A stretch of DNA of 64,000 bases from an uncultured Gemmatimonadaceae bacterium (GCA_963716745.1 OY970320.1:3008001-3072000); one strand, 5' to 3'. Shown: positions 29,652 to 40,388, counted from the stretch's first letter. Program-made: numbers and translations. The notes: generated by a model not told the origin, from the sequence alone.

Positions 29652-31018
29652 GCCAACGCCTCCTCATCGCCGACGACGAGCAGGGCGTGCGCGCCGCGCT
29701 CGGCCAGCTGCTCGAATACGAAGGACACGAGGTGCGCGCCGTCGCGAGCGGCACCGAGGCGCTGAAGGCCTACGAGTCGTGGCGCCCGCACCTCGTGTTC
29801 CTCGACGTGAAAATGAGCGGCATCGACGGGCTCGAGACGCTCAAGCGGCTGCGCGCGCACGATCCGGCGGCGCTCGTGATCATGATCAGCGGCCACGGCA
29901 CGATCCAGACCGCGGTGGAGGCGACGCAGCTCGGCGCGTACGATTTCCTGGAGAAGCCGCTCGACACCGACCGCATCCTCGTCACGCTGCGGAACGCGCT
30001 GCGCCACGCGAAGCTGCAGGACGAGAACGTGCGGCTGCGCGAGAAGATCGAGTCGCGGCACGAGATCGTGGGGAAGTCGGCGGCGATCCGCGGGCTCATC
30101 GAACGCCTCGAGCGCGTGGGGCCGACGAACGCGCGCGTGCTCATCACCGGGGAGAACGGCACCGGAAAGGAATTGGTCGCGCGCGCGATCCACGCACTGT
30201 CGGCGCGGCGCGATGCGCCGTTCGTCGAGGTGAACTGCGCCGCGATCCCTTCGGAGCTCATCGAGAGCGAATTGTTCGGGCATCTCAAGGGATCGTTCAC
30301 GGGCGCGATCGCGGATCGCGCGGGGAAATTCGAACAGGCGTCGGGCGGCATGCTCTTCCTGGACGAGATGGGCGACATGAGCCTGTCCGCCCAGGCGAAG
30401 GTGCTGCGCGTGCTCGAGGACGGCGTGGTCACGCGCATCGGCGGCGCGAAGCCGGTGAGCGTGGACGTGCGCGTGATCGCCGCCACGAACAAACGCCTCG
30501 AGGAGGAGATCGCCGCCGGCCGATTCCGCGAGGACCTGTACTACCGGCTGAACGTGCTGCCGCTCGCGGTGCCGGCGCTGCGCCAGCGGCGCGAGGACAT
30601 CCCGCTCCTGGTCGCGCACTTCGTGCAGCAGCTGTCCTCGCAGGAAGGGATGGCGCCGCGCGCCATCGGCGACGATGCGGTCGCGCGACTCGCCGAACGC
30701 GAATGGCCCGGCAACGTGCGCGAATTGCGCAACACGGTCGAGCGACTGTTGATCCTCGCGACCGGCAGCCGCGTGACGGCCGCCGATGTCGACCGGCTGC
30801 TCGGACCGCGCGCCGGCGGCGGCGAACCCGGCATCGGCGTGCTCGCTGCGTGCAAGACTTTCGAAGAGTTCAAGGAGGTCGCGGAGCGCGCCTTCCTGCT
30901 CGCCAAGCTGCGCGAGCACGATTGGAACGTGTCGGAGACCGCGCGGCTGCTCGACATGCCGCGCTCCAACCTGTACAAGAAGATCGAGCGGTACCATCTC
31001 TCACGCGCCGAAGGATAG
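29648..31018 (+). CDS. sigma54-dependent response regulator, NtrX/NtrC family
   Basis: receiver (IADDE, LDVKM, EKP), GENGTGKE, ELFGH.KGSFTGA, LFLDE, WPGNVREL, C-terminal HTH. Confidence 0.93.
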   Translation: MSQRLLIADDEQGVRAALGQLLEYEGHEVRAVASGTEALKAYESWRPHLVFLDVKMSGIDGLETLKRLRAHDPAALVIMISGHGTIQTAVEATQLGAYDFLEKPLDTDRILVTLRNALRHAKLQDENVRLREKIESRHEIVGKSAAIRGLIERLERVGPTNARVLITGENGTGKELVARAIHALSARRDAPFVEVNCAAIPSELIESELFGHLKGSFTGAIADRAGKFEQASGGMLFLDEMGDMSLSAQAKVLRVLEDGVVTRIGGAKPVSVDVRVIAATNKRLEEEIAAGRFREDLYYRLNVLPLAVPALRQRREDIPLLVAHFVQQLSSQEGMAPRAIGDDAVARLAEREWPGNVRELRNTVERLLILATGSRVTAADVDRLLGPRAGGGEPGIGVLAACKTFEEFKEVAERAFLLAKLREHDWNVSETARLLDMPRSNLYKKIERYHLSRAEG

Positions 31019-31025
31019 GAGACGC

Positions 31026-31502
31026 ATGGCCGAGAAGAATTGGGACGCGGAGATGAAGAAGATCGACAAGCAGCTCGAGTCGCTCTCGGACGAAGAGCTG
31101 ATCTCGTCGTCCTCGGCGAAGACGCCCGCGCAGAAAGAGAAAGTGCAGGGCGTGCAGCGCGAGACGAATACCTTCGGCGTGTTCGCGCGGCTCGTGCTCG
31201 CGGTCGCGCTCGGCGTCGGCATGCTCTTCTGGCCGTACTCCGCGCGCTGCGGCGTAGGGCTCTTCGGTTATCTCGGCGCGACGATCGCGGTCGCGGGTGC
31301 GGGCGTGTGGACGTCGATCTGGACGTGGCGCCACCGCTCGGCGCGCGCGCATTTCCTCTCGTTGCTGCTCGTGACGTGGGGCATCGTGCTGGGTGCCATC
31401 GAAGTGCTGCCGCGTGTAGGTTACGCGAAGCCGACGCCGCAGCATCCTGCCGTCTGGTTCTGCCCTACGACGCCTCCAACGCCACCGAGCGCCCCGAAAT
31501 GA
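31026..31502 (+). CDS. membrane protein of unknown function (about 3 TM)
   Basis: [25 protein letters not shown] charged N-terminus then hydrophobic segments. Confidence 0.75.
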   Translation: MAEKNWDAEMKKIDKQLESLSDEELISSSSAKTPAQKEKVQGVQRETNTFGVFARLVLAVALGVGMLFWPYSARCGVGLFGYLGATIAVAGAGVWTSIWTWRHRSARAHFLSLLLVTWGIVLGAIEVLPRVGYAKPTPQHPAVWFCPTTPPTPPSAPK

Positions 31503-32986
31503 CGACCTTCAAGAATTTCATCGCCGGCCAGTGGGTCGAGCCGAGCACCGGCGACTATTTCCAGAACGTGAATCCGGCCGACACGCGGGATGTGATCGGC
31601 AAGTTCCCGAAGAGCGGCGCGGCCGACGTCGAGCAGAGCGGTGGCGAGCGCGAAGAAGGGGTTCGCGATGTGGAAGAGGACGCCGGCGCCCGCGCGCGGC
31701 GACGTGCTGCGCCGTGTGGGCGACCTGCTCGTGGAGCGCAAGGAGGAGATCGCCGACGCTGATGACGCGCGAGATGGGCAAGCCGCTCGCCGAGACGCGC
31801 GGCGACGTGCAGGAGGGCATCGACACCGCGTACTACGCGGCGGTGGAAGGGCGCCGGATGTTCGGCCAGACCGTGCCGAGCGAGTTGCGCAACAAGTGGG
31901 CGATGAGCTTCCGGCGGCCGATCGGCGTCGCGGGACTGATCACGCCGTTCAATTTTCCGCTCGCGATCCCGACGTGGAAGATCGTTCCCGGCGCTCGTGT
32001 GCGGCAACGCCGTGATCTTCAAGCCGGCGGAGGACGTGCCGCACACCGGCCACGTGCTGGTGGAGATCCTGCTCGAGGCGGGATTGCCGCCCGAGGTGAT
32101 CCAGCTGGTGCACGGACTCGGCGAGACCGTGGGCGCGGCGATCGTGGCGCATCCGGAAGTGCCGGTGATCTCGTTCACCGGTTCGACGGCCACCGGCGCG
32201 ATCGTGGGCGAGACGTGCGGCCGCATGCACAAGCGGCTCTCGCTCGAGATGGGCGGCAAGAACGCGATGATCGTGATGGACGATGCCGATCTGGATCTCG
32301 CGCTCGACGGCGTGCTCTGGGGCGCGTTCGGCACCACCGGACAGCGCTGCACCGCGACGAGCCGCCTGATCGTGCAGCAAGGCGTGCACGACACGCTGCT
32401 CGACCGTCTCGCCGCGCGCGCGGCATCGCTCAAGCTCGGCGACGGGCGCAAGGCGGGCACCGAGGTCGGGCCGCTCATCCACGACGAATCGCGCGAGAAG
32501 GTGGAGCGGTACATCGAGATCGGCAAAGGGGAGCAGGCGTCGCTCGTCACCGGCGGCGCGCGCGCGACGGGCGCGGGCCTCGAGCACGGCTTCTTCTTCC
32601 AGCCCACGATCTTCGCCGGCGTGAAGGCGGGATCGCGTCTCGAGCAGGAGGAGATCTTCGGCCCGGTGCTGTCGGTGATCAAGGTGAGAGACGCCGACGA
32701 GGCGATCGCGGTGAACAACGATGTCAAATACGGGCTCTCATCATCGTTCTATACGCGAGATGTGAACCTCGCCTTCCGCGCGCTGAACGAGTTGGACAAC
32801 GGCATCACGTACATCAACGCTCCCACGATCGGCGCGGAGGCACACCTGCCGTTCGGCGGCGTGAAGCAGACGGGGAACGGACATCGCGAGGGCGGGTGGG
32901 AAGTGTATGAGTTCTATTCGGAGACGAAGGTCGGATACATCGACTACTCTGGATCGTTGCAGCGGGCGCAGATCGACAACTATTGA
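31499..32986 (+). CDS. aldehyde dehydrogenase, frameshifts near 31640, 31760 and 31985
   Basis: [48 protein letters not shown]. Confidence 0.9.
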
Positions 32987-32991
32987 CGACG

Positions 32992-33105
32992 GACGTTGGA
33001 CGTTAGCGAACGGCATGACAATTGATCGTCTGGTGCGGGCGCGCGTTCAAGAGTCGAATTGAATTTGTTCTCATGCCTCGCACCAACGTCTAACGTCAGT
33101 TTTTT
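32992..33105 (+). terminator. palindromic element with heptamer arms followed by T run
   Basis: GACGTTGGACGTTAG..GGCATGA / TCATGCC..CCAACGTCTAACGTC then AGTTTTTT. Confidence 0.65.
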
Positions 33106-33164
33106 GGTGCCTTGCGTGAGCCTTCACGGCTCGTCTTACTTATAGGCAGACACACCCGAGAATC

Positions 33165-33941
33165 ATGGACTCCCCCTCTCCCACCCCCAGCGCGCCGGGC
33201 CGCCCGGTCTCCGACGCGAAGCGCGCCGAGGCGCTGCGCGCGCTGAACAAGCGGCCATGGCGCTTGCGCTGGTTCGGCGAGTGGATGTTCATCGTCGTGT
33301 GCGCGGTGGTGGTCGTGTTCTTCGTCGCGCGCCCGTTCTTCGTGGAAGCGTTCAAGATCCCGTCGGGCAGCATGGAGAATACGCTGCTCGTGGGCGACTT
33401 CCTGTTCGTGAACAAGGCGGTGTACGGCGCGGAGGTCCCGTTCGTGCACATCCGGCTGCCGGCGCTGCAACATCCGAAGCGCGGCGACATCCTCGTCTTC
33501 GAATATCCACCGAACCCCGAGAAGGATTACGTGAAGCGCCTCGTGGGGCTGCCGGGCGACACGGTGGAGATGCGCGATGGCGTCGTGTTCATCGACGGCA
33601 CGTCGCTCGTGGAACCGTACGTGGTGCACACCGATCCCAATTCGGATCCGGGCGAAGCGGAGTTCGCGTGGCAGCGTCCGTTCCTGGTGCGCACGGCCGA
33701 AGCGAGCACGCATCCATCGCGTAACAACTGGGGTCCATTGGTCGTCCCAGAGGGGAATTACTTCGTGCTCGGGGACAATCGCGACAACTCGGCCGACAGC
33801 CGCTACTGGGGCTTCGTGCCGGATTCGCTCGTGCGGGGCCGGCCGATGTTCGTGTATTACAGCTACGAACCGGATGCGACGCGCCGGGTGCCGTGGCTCA
33901 CGAACGTTCGCTGGAGCAGGATCGGGACGCGGGTACGCTGA
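33165..33941 (+). CDS. lepB: signal peptidase I
   Basis: IPSGSM (Ser), YVKRLVGLPGD (Lys), GDNRDNSADSR. Confidence 0.95.
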   Translation: MDSPSPTPSAPGRPVSDAKRAEALRALNKRPWRLRWFGEWMFIVVCAVVVVFFVARPFFVEAFKIPSGSMENTLLVGDFLFVNKAVYGAEVPFVHIRLPALQHPKRGDILVFEYPPNPEKDYVKRLVGLPGDTVEMRDGVVFIDGTSLVEPYVVHTDPNSDPGEAEFAWQRPFLVRTAEASTHPSRNNWGPLVVPEGNYFVLGDNRDNSADSRYWGFVPDSLVRGRPMFVYYSYEPDATRRVPWLTNVRWSRIGTRVR

Positions 33942-34021
33942 CCGCGCCGGTGGCTATCTCGGAGATTCGCTCGCGCTAGCGCGCGAGGCCGCACTGTCCG
34001 TTTGCCGGAGCTGCTGGATCC

Positions 34022-34879
34022 ATGGCTGTCACCCCGCATCGCAAGTCATCGTACGACGAAGGCTCGCTCGACCAGTACCTGCGCGACATCAGCATCTATC
34101 CGCTGATCGACCGCGATGAAGAGGTGCGGCTCGCGCAGCTGATCCGGGTGAAGGATCGCGAAGCGCTCGACAAGCTCGTGCGGTCGAACCTGCGCTTCGT
34201 CGTGTCGGTCGCGAAGAAGTACCAGAATCAGGGCGTGGCGCTCTCCGACCTGATCAACGAGGGGAACCTCGGCCTCATTCGCGCCGCCCACAAATTCGAC
34301 GAGACGAAGGGCATCAAGTTCATCTCGTACGCGGTGTGGTGGATCCGCCAGGCGATCCTGCAGGCGCTCGCGGAGCAATCGCGCATCGTGCGCGTGCCGC
34401 TCAATCGCGCCGGGACGCTGTATCGCATCGGCAAGCGCGCCAACGCGCTGCTGCAGGAGCTCGGCCGCGAGCCCACGCACGAGGAGATCGCGCAGGAGAT
34501 GGACCTCACCGAGGAAGAGGTCGCGAAGACGATCTCGATCTCGCAGACGCATCTGTCGCTCGATGCGCCGCTCACGCCGGGCGAGGACAACCGGCTGCTC
34601 GACTATCTCCCCGACAATCTGAATCCCACGCCCGATGAGCAGACCTTCGAGAAGGCGCTCACCGAGGCGATCGAGGAATCGCTCTCATCGCTCAAGGAGC
34701 GCGAGGCGAAGATCCTGCGCCTCTACTTCGGGCTGGATGGCGAGGAGCCGATGACGCTCGAACAGATCGGCTCGCTGCTCGGCATCACGCGCGAGCGCGT
34801 GCGCCAGATCAAGGAGAAAGCGCTCTCGCGTCTCCGCCACGTGTCGCGGGCGCGCGCGCTCGAGTCCTTCCTCGGCTAG
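34022..34879 (+). CDS. RNA polymerase sigma70-family factor, RpoD-like without region 1.1
   Basis: YLRDI, NLRFVVSVAKKY, DLINEGNLGL, KFISYAVWWIRQ, TRERVRQI. Confidence 0.93.
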   Translation: MAVTPHRKSSYDEGSLDQYLRDISIYPLIDRDEEVRLAQLIRVKDREALDKLVRSNLRFVVSVAKKYQNQGVALSDLINEGNLGLIRAAHKFDETKGIKFISYAVWWIRQAILQALAEQSRIVRVPLNRAGTLYRIGKRANALLQELGREPTHEEIAQEMDLTEEEVAKTISISQTHLSLDAPLTPGEDNRLLDYLPDNLNPTPDEQTFEKALTEAIEESLSSLKEREAKILRLYFGLDGEEPMTLEQIGSLLGITRERVRQIKEKALSRLRHVSRARALESFLG

Positions 34880-34888
34880 ACGCGCGCC

Positions 34889-35389
34889 ATGGCCGCGAAC
34901 GCCTCTTTCGATGTGACCACTGGCGTGGACCTGCAGGAAGTGGACAACGCGGTGAACCAGGCGCAGAAGGAGATCGCGCAGCGATACGACTTCAAGGGCA
35001 CGAAGGTCGCGCTGGAATTCAAGCGCGCCGAGAACAAGCTGCTCCTCGTGGCCGACGACGACTTCAAGATGCGCGCGCTGCACGACGTGCTCCATGCGAA
35101 GCTCGTGAAGCGCGGTGTGCCGGTGAAGAACCTCGACATCGGCGAGATCGTGCCGGCCGGCGGCGATACGGTGCGCCGCGAGATCGCGCTCAAGATGTCG
35201 CTGGACGGCGAGACCGCGAAGAGAGTCGTGGCGGCGATCAAGGAAGCGAAGATGAAGAAGGTGCAGGCGTCCATCCAGGGCGAGCAGGTGCGGATCACGT
35301 CGCCATCGCGCGACGAGCTGCAGGAAGTGATCGCGCTCCTGCGCGGGAAGGACTTCGGCGTGGAGCTGAAGTTCGGGAACTACCGCTGA
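34889..35389 (+). CDS. yajQ: YajQ family nucleotide-binding protein
   Basis: SFDV..VDLQEVDNA, RYDFKG, KVQASIQGEQVR, FGNYR. Confidence 0.95.
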   Translation: MAANASFDVTTGVDLQEVDNAVNQAQKEIAQRYDFKGTKVALEFKRAENKLLLVADDDFKMRALHDVLHAKLVKRGVPVKNLDIGEIVPAGGDTVRREIALKMSLDGETAKRVVAAIKEAKMKKVQASIQGEQVRITSPSRDELQEVIALLRGKDFGVELKFGNYR

Positions 35390-36477
35390 GCCTGTAGCGC
35401 CGCCGGCGCGCTCGCGTCCGGGCGTCCGAGCATCATCGCCGCGAACTCCTCGCCCAGCGCGCTCACGCGGCGCGCTTGCGTGCACAGCCCGTCGGCGCGC
35501 ACCACGCTGCCCGCCACACTCGCGCCGTGCTCCCAGCCCACGCTGTCGGTGAATGACGGCCACGCGAATCCGTGCACCGGTGCGCCGCCCGCCAGCAACA
35601 CCAGCGACTCGTCCCACGCGGCCCGCAGCGTGCTCACGGCGCCGCCCGCCGCTGGCATGGGCGCGACGGGGAAGAGCGGCCGGCGGTGCCGCGCGTGCAT
35701 CGCGGCCGGCGCGCTCACGCCGAGCCACCGGCGGTCGCTCGCACGCGACTCGCGGAAGAGGCTCAACTCGTTCGACGGCACGCCGTGCCGCTGCAGATAT
35801 GCGCCGGCGCCGGGTGCGAGCTCATGCCCGAGCGTGAGATCCAGCGCGAGGTGACGCAGCGCCTCCCACCGGCCGCTCTCGCCCGCCTCGCAGTCCGTCG
35901 GCGGCGGCGCCACCTCGCTCTCGCGATGCACGATCACCGCGTTCGGCCGCTCGCTCAGCAGCGTCTCCACGGCGAGCTCGTGCGCCATGCACAGATTCCG
36001 CAGCGCCCGCACGAACGCCGAATCGCTGTGCTCACACTCATTCCACTCGCCGCGCAGCGCCGACGCCGTGGCGCACTGCATGATGTCGCTCACGGGCGTG
36101 AAATATCGGATCCACGGGAAGCGCCGTGCGAACGCGCGCGCGTATTCGGCGAACAGCACCGGGAACGCAGGGTCCTGAAATCCGCCGAGCCACGAAGGCA
36201 CGCCGAAGCGGCACAGGTCGGCGATCACCTCCACGCCCAGGTCGCGCAGGCGGAGCAGCGGCTCCTCCACGCATTCCCACTCGTGATGATCGGGCGCCAG
36301 ATGCGTGCGATAGTACGGCGCGCCATACCAGAGGGCGTCGAGGCCGAGCATGTGCGCATGCTCGAGATCCTCCTCCCAGCGCGCGTAGTGCCCCGTGCGG
36401 TCCAATTGATCGAGGCGCGCTCCGCCGGCGAGCGTCGGACAGCTCGGATCGATCGCGGATGCGAAGAGGAAGGGCAT
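35380..36477 (-). CDS. glycoside hydrolase family 1-like protein with degenerate catalytic motifs
   Basis: TGHY.RW.EDL, DLCRFGVP.W, FAEYARAFARRFPW, TPVSD in place of TPVNE; start uncertain (36477 or 36516). Confidence 0.75.
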   Translation of the reverse strand: MPFLFASAIDPSCPTLAGGARLDQLDRTGHYARWEEDLEHAHMLGLDALWYGAPYYRTHLAPDHHEWECVEEPLLRLRDLGVEVIADLCRFGVPSWLGGFQDPAFPVLFAEYARAFARRFPWIRYFTPVSDIMQCATASALRGEWNECEHSDSAFVRALRNLCMAHELAVETLLSERPNAVIVHRESEVAPPPTDCEAGESGRWEALRHLALDLTLGHELAPGAGAYLQRHGVPSNELSLFRESRASDRRWLGVSAPAAMHARHRRPLFPVAPMPAAGGAVSTLRAAWDESLVLLAGGAPVHGFAWPSFTDSVGWEHGASVAGSVVRADGLCTQARRVSALGEEFAAMMLGRPDASAPAALQAQR

Positions 36478-36540
36478 GCGGGGCGGGCGGCGGCGGGTGT
36501 CTGTGAAGGACTCCACTCGCCGCCGGAGGTCACCGCGCGG

Positions 36541-36569
36541 TTGAGCGCTTCCGGCGCCCCCGCTAGCTT
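36541..36569 (+). promoter_or_regulatory. candidate sigma70 promoter, leaderless rimO
   Basis: TTGAGC-17 nt-TAGCTT-6 nt-ATG. Confidence 0.5.
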
Positions 36570-36575
36570 CACCGC

Positions 36576-37961
36576 ATGAAGGTTAGCGTCATCACGATGG
36601 GCTGTGACAAGAACACGGTGGATTCCGAGCGCGTGCTCGCCGAACTGGCGGGATTCGGGCTCGAGCCGGTGCGTTCGGCGAGCGATGCCGAACTGATCGT
36701 CGTGAACACCTGCGGCTTCATCGACGCCGCGAAGCGCGAGTCGATCGATGCCATCGTGGAAGCGGGCCGCCTCAAGAGCACGGGCAATTGCCGCATCCTC
36801 GCCGCTGTCGGCTGCATGGTGGAGCGCCACAAGGGCGAGCTGGCGAGCGCGCTGCCCGAGGTGGACTTCTTCCTCGGCACCTCGGAGATGGACGCGCTCG
36901 CGCAGGAACTCACCGCGCGCGGTGCGATCGACGGCGGTTACACCGCGCATCCCGGCGTTCGACTCTACACCGGCGACCTGCCGCACGTGCGCTACTTGAA
37001 GGTGAGCGAAGGCTGCGACCATGGCTGCGCCTTCTGCGCGATCCCGCTCATGCGCGGCCGCCACCGCTCGTTCACGCGCGCCGACGTGATCCGCGAGGCG
37101 CAGATGCTCGAGCTGCAGGGCGCGCGCGAGGTGAACCTGGTGGCGCAGGATCTCGCGCACTACGGGCGCGACGTGCGCGACGGCGTGGGGCTCGCGGATC
37201 TGCTCGAGGCGCTGCTGGCCGAGACGTCGATCCCCTGGTTCCGGCTCTTGTACATCTATTCCGCGGGACTCACGCCGCGGATGCTCGAACTCATGGCGCG
37301 CGAGCCGCGCATCGTGCCCTATCTCGACATGCCGATCCAGCACGGGTCGGATGCCGTGCTGCAACGCATGCGCCGCCCCGAACGCGCGCGCACGATCCGC
37401 GAGACGGTGCGTCGCGTGCGCGATGCGGTGCCCGGCGTCGCCATCCGCACCACGTGCATCCTCGGATTCCCGGGCGAGACGCCCGACGACGTCGCGCAGC
37501 TCGGCGATCTGCTCGAGGAGGCGAAGTTCGAACGCGTGGGCGCGTTCACGTATTCCGAGCAGGACGGTACCCGCGCCGCCGAACTTGAGGACGACGTGCC
37601 GATGGTGGAGAAGCGCGAGCGCCTCGAGCGCATCACGTCGCTGCAGCGCGCGATCACGGCGGAGCGCTACGAGAGCATGATCGGCCGCACCATGCGCGCG
37701 ATCATCGACCGGCGCGGCGCCGATGGCGCGCCGAGCGATGCGCGCACGCTCTGGCAGGCCAATGACATCGACGGCATCACGCGCGTGCGCGGCAATGCGC
37801 CCGCCGGCGCCATCATTGACGTGCGCATCGACGACGTGGTGGACGACTACGATTTCGCCGCCACGCTCGAGCGTATCGTGCTCGCGCCGCCGGCGCCGGC
37901 GCGAGCGGGGCGCGCGCTCCCAATGCTGGGAGGCGTGGTGCAGGGGAGTTTCGGCCGCTGA
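36576..37961 (+). CDS. rimO: ribosomal protein S12 methylthiotransferase
   Basis: MGCDKNTVDSE, NTCGFI.AK.ESI, CDHGCAFC radical SAM motif, YLDMPIQH. Confidence 0.93.
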   Translation: MKVSVITMGCDKNTVDSERVLAELAGFGLEPVRSASDAELIVVNTCGFIDAAKRESIDAIVEAGRLKSTGNCRILAAVGCMVERHKGELASALPEVDFFLGTSEMDALAQELTARGAIDGGYTAHPGVRLYTGDLPHVRYLKVSEGCDHGCAFCAIPLMRGRHRSFTRADVIREAQMLELQGAREVNLVAQDLAHYGRDVRDGVGLADLLEALLAETSIPWFRLLYIYSAGLTPRMLELMAREPRIVPYLDMPIQHGSDAVLQRMRRPERARTIRETVRRVRDAVPGVAIRTTCILGFPGETPDDVAQLGDLLEEAKFERVGAFTYSEQDGTRAAELEDDVPMVEKRERLERITSLQRAITAERYESMIGRTMRAIIDRRGADGAPSDARTLWQANDIDGITRVRGNAPAGAIIDVRIDDVVDDYDFAATLERIVLAPPAPARAGRALPMLGGVVQGSFGR

Positions 37962-39331
37962 TGCGCCCGGCGCGCGGCGCGGCCGCCGCGATCGCGATCG
38001 CCGTCCTGATGCTCGGCGCCTGCGGCCCTAACCCGCCGCAGCACGCGCCGGCTGCGCCGCCCGCCGCTCCGCCCGGCGAACCGCCGCTGCCCGCGGACAA
38101 CGCCGCCGAGCAGCCCGCGCCGCCGCCCGGAGAGAACGCGGAAGCGCCGCGCGTCGCGGATTTCGCGAGCGGCCGGGCCGTGCGCGTCGCATTGCACACG
38201 TCCACACCGCGCGTGACGATCTCGGGCACCGGGCCGTGGCGCCTCTACGACAGCGACGGCGCGAGTCTGCTCGTGAAGGGCGACGCGGGCGATGAGTGGA
38301 CCATCGCGTCCGACCACGGCAAACTCCGCGCCTCGCGCTCGGATGGCGAGAAGACCCCGCGGCGTGACGCACCCTTCGTCGCGCGGCCGGCGCGCGCGGG
38401 CACGCTGGTAACGGTGAACGGCCGCTCCTTCCGCGGCGAAGTGGTGGTGCGCCCGGGCAAGGATGGACTCGTCGTCGTGAATCGCCTCTCGCTCGAGGAT
38501 TATCTGCGCGGCGTGGTGCCGCTCGAGATCGGCCACCGCAATCCCGATGAGCGCGCCGCGGTGGAAGCGCAGGCGATCGCCGCGCGCAGCTATGCGCTCG
38601 CGCATCTGCGCACCGATGCGGCGCGCACGTACGATCTCCTCTCCACCGTGAGCGATCAGGTGTACGGCGGCGTGGAAGCGGAGACGCCGCTCAGCGACGC
38701 CGCGATCGCATCCACGCGCTCGCTCGTGATCACGTGGCAGGGCCGCGTGATCGCCGCACCGTATTCCGCCGACTGCGGCGGCCGCACCGCCGACGCGGAC
38801 GAGGTCTGGCACTCGGGGCCGTCGGCCTATCTCCAGTCGGTGAGCGACCGTGTGAACCGCAGCGGCGACCGGTTCTACTGCGATATCGCGCCGCATTTCC
38901 ATTGGACGCGTACGTTCACGCAGAAGGATCTCGCGGCGGCGCTCGAGCGCAATCTGCGCGCGTACGTGTCGGTGAGCGGCAGCATCGGCGACGTGACCGA
39001 CATGCGCATCGACCACCGCACGCCCAGCGGCCGCGTGGGCACGCTCGTACTCGTGACCGATCGCGGCGAATATTCGCTGCGCGGCAACGAGATCCGCTTC
39101 GTGCTGCATACGCCCGGCAGCGAGATCCTGCCGAGCACGATGTTCTCCTTCGATCTGGAGCGCGATGGCGACGGGCACGTGACGTCGCTCACCGTGACGG
39201 GCTCGGGGAACGGGCACGGCGTGGGCATGTGCCAATGGGGCGCCATCGGTCGCGCGCGCGCCGGCCAGACGGCGCGCACGATCCTCGCGACCTACTATCC
39301 CGGCACGGTCGTCACCGCATTGCCGGAGTAG
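37961..39331 (+). CDS. SpoIID/LytB-domain lipoprotein (lytic transglycosylase-like)
   Basis: lipobox LGAC, VVNRLSLEDYLRGVVPLE, AQAIAARSY, DQVYGG, GHGVGMCQWGA. Confidence 0.92.
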   Translation: MRPARGAAAAIAIAVLMLGACGPNPPQHAPAAPPAAPPGEPPLPADNAAEQPAPPPGENAEAPRVADFASGRAVRVALHTSTPRVTISGTGPWRLYDSDGASLLVKGDAGDEWTIASDHGKLRASRSDGEKTPRRDAPFVARPARAGTLVTVNGRSFRGEVVVRPGKDGLVVVNRLSLEDYLRGVVPLEIGHRNPDERAAVEAQAIAARSYALAHLRTDAARTYDLLSTVSDQVYGGVEAETPLSDAAIASTRSLVITWQGRVIAAPYSADCGGRTADADEVWHSGPSAYLQSVSDRVNRSGDRFYCDIAPHFHWTRTFTQKDLAAALERNLRAYVSVSGSIGDVTDMRIDHRTPSGRVGTLVLVTDRGEYSLRGNEIRFVLHTPGSEILPSTMFSFDLERDGDGHVTSLTVTGSGNGHGVGMCQWGAIGRARAGQTARTILATYYPGTVVTALPE

Positions 39332-39383
39332 CCGCCGTGCGCCGTGCGCTCTACTTTCCACGGCATCCTCAACACCGGGATCG

Positions 39384-40388
39384 ATGAATTCCACCGTGCG
39401 CATCGGGATCGTCGGCGCCGGCGCGATCGCGCAGATCGCGCACTTGCCCGCGCTCGCGAAACTCAAGGGCACCGAGCTCGTCGCGATCTGTGATGCCGAC
39501 GGCGTGAAGGCCCGTCAGCTCGCCGACCGCTTCGGCGCGCGCTATGTGTTCACCGACATCGAGGACATGCTCGAGGGCGCCGAGCTGGACGCGGTGATCA
39601 TCATGACGCCCAATCATCTGCACGAGCCGCACGTCCTGAGCGTGCTCGCCCGCAAGCTGCATGTGCTCTGTGAGCGCCCGCTCGCGCTCACGGCGCGCGG
39701 CGTCGAGCGGATCCTCACCGCGGCGGAGCGCGCGGGTCGCAAGGTGGCGGTGGGCAACAACCACCGTTTCCGCACCGATGTGCAGGCCGCGGGCGCCTTT
39801 CTGCGCAGCGGCGAACTCGGCGCGCTCGGCGCGATCCGCACCGGTCATTTCGAGCCGCGGCGCGCGCCCGAGGGGTGGCGGTTCCGCCGCGCCGAGTCCG
39901 GCGGCGGCGTGATGCTCGAGCACGGCGTGCCGCTGCTCGATCTCGCGCTCTGGCTCGCCGATTCTCCCGCGCCGCGTCGCGTCACGGCGCATCTCCATCG
40001 CGGCCGCGGCGAGAAGGAGGTGGAGGATTCCATGTTCGCGCTGGTGGAATGCGCGGGCGGTCTCACGATCACGATCGATGTGTGCTGGGAGTACGTGGGC
40101 GCGGAGGACCGGTTCTGGTTCGAGGTGCTCGCGTCGCGCGGCTCGACGCGCCTCGCGCCGCTGAACATCGTGAAGGAACTCAACGGCCACGCTGTGGACG
40201 TGACGCCGCACGGTGCGGCCGCGCGCGAGACGCCGTTCCTCCAGAGCTATCGCGCGGAGCTCGCGCACTTCGTGGCGGTCTTGCGCGACGAGCAGCCGTA
40301 CGAGGCGCCGGCCGATCAGGTGACCGTCATTCGCCTCGTGGAGGCGATCTACCGCTCGGCGAGCGAAGGGACCGAAGTCCGGCTGTGA
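39384..40388 (+). CDS. Gfo/Idh/MocA oxidoreductase
   Basis: IGIVGAGAIA, TPNHLH, HVLCERP, GGGVMLEHG. Confidence 0.9.
   Translation: MNSTVRIGIVGAGAIAQIAHLPALAKLKGTELVAICDADGVKARQLADRFGARYVFTDIEDMLEGAELDAVIIMTPNHLHEPHVLSVLARKLHVLCERPLALTARGVERILTAAERAGRKVAVGNNHRFRTDVQAAGAFLRSGELGALGAIRTGHFEPRRAPEGWRFRRAESGGGVMLEHGVPLLDLALWLADSPAPRRVTAHLHRGRGEKEVEDSMFALVECAGGLTITIDVCWEYVGAEDRFWFEVLASRGSTRLAPLNIVKELNGHAVDVTPHGAAARETPFLQSYRAELAHFVAVLRDEQPYEAPADQVTVIRLVEAIYRSASEGTEVRL

Noticed and set aside
30289..30306. GSFTGA instead of GAFTGA as a sign of an inactive activator
   Set aside because: Common natural variant; F and T are retained
33115..33128. CRP site CGTGA-N4-TCACG upstream of lepB
   Set aside because: Half-site spacing is 4, not the 6 nt required for CRP
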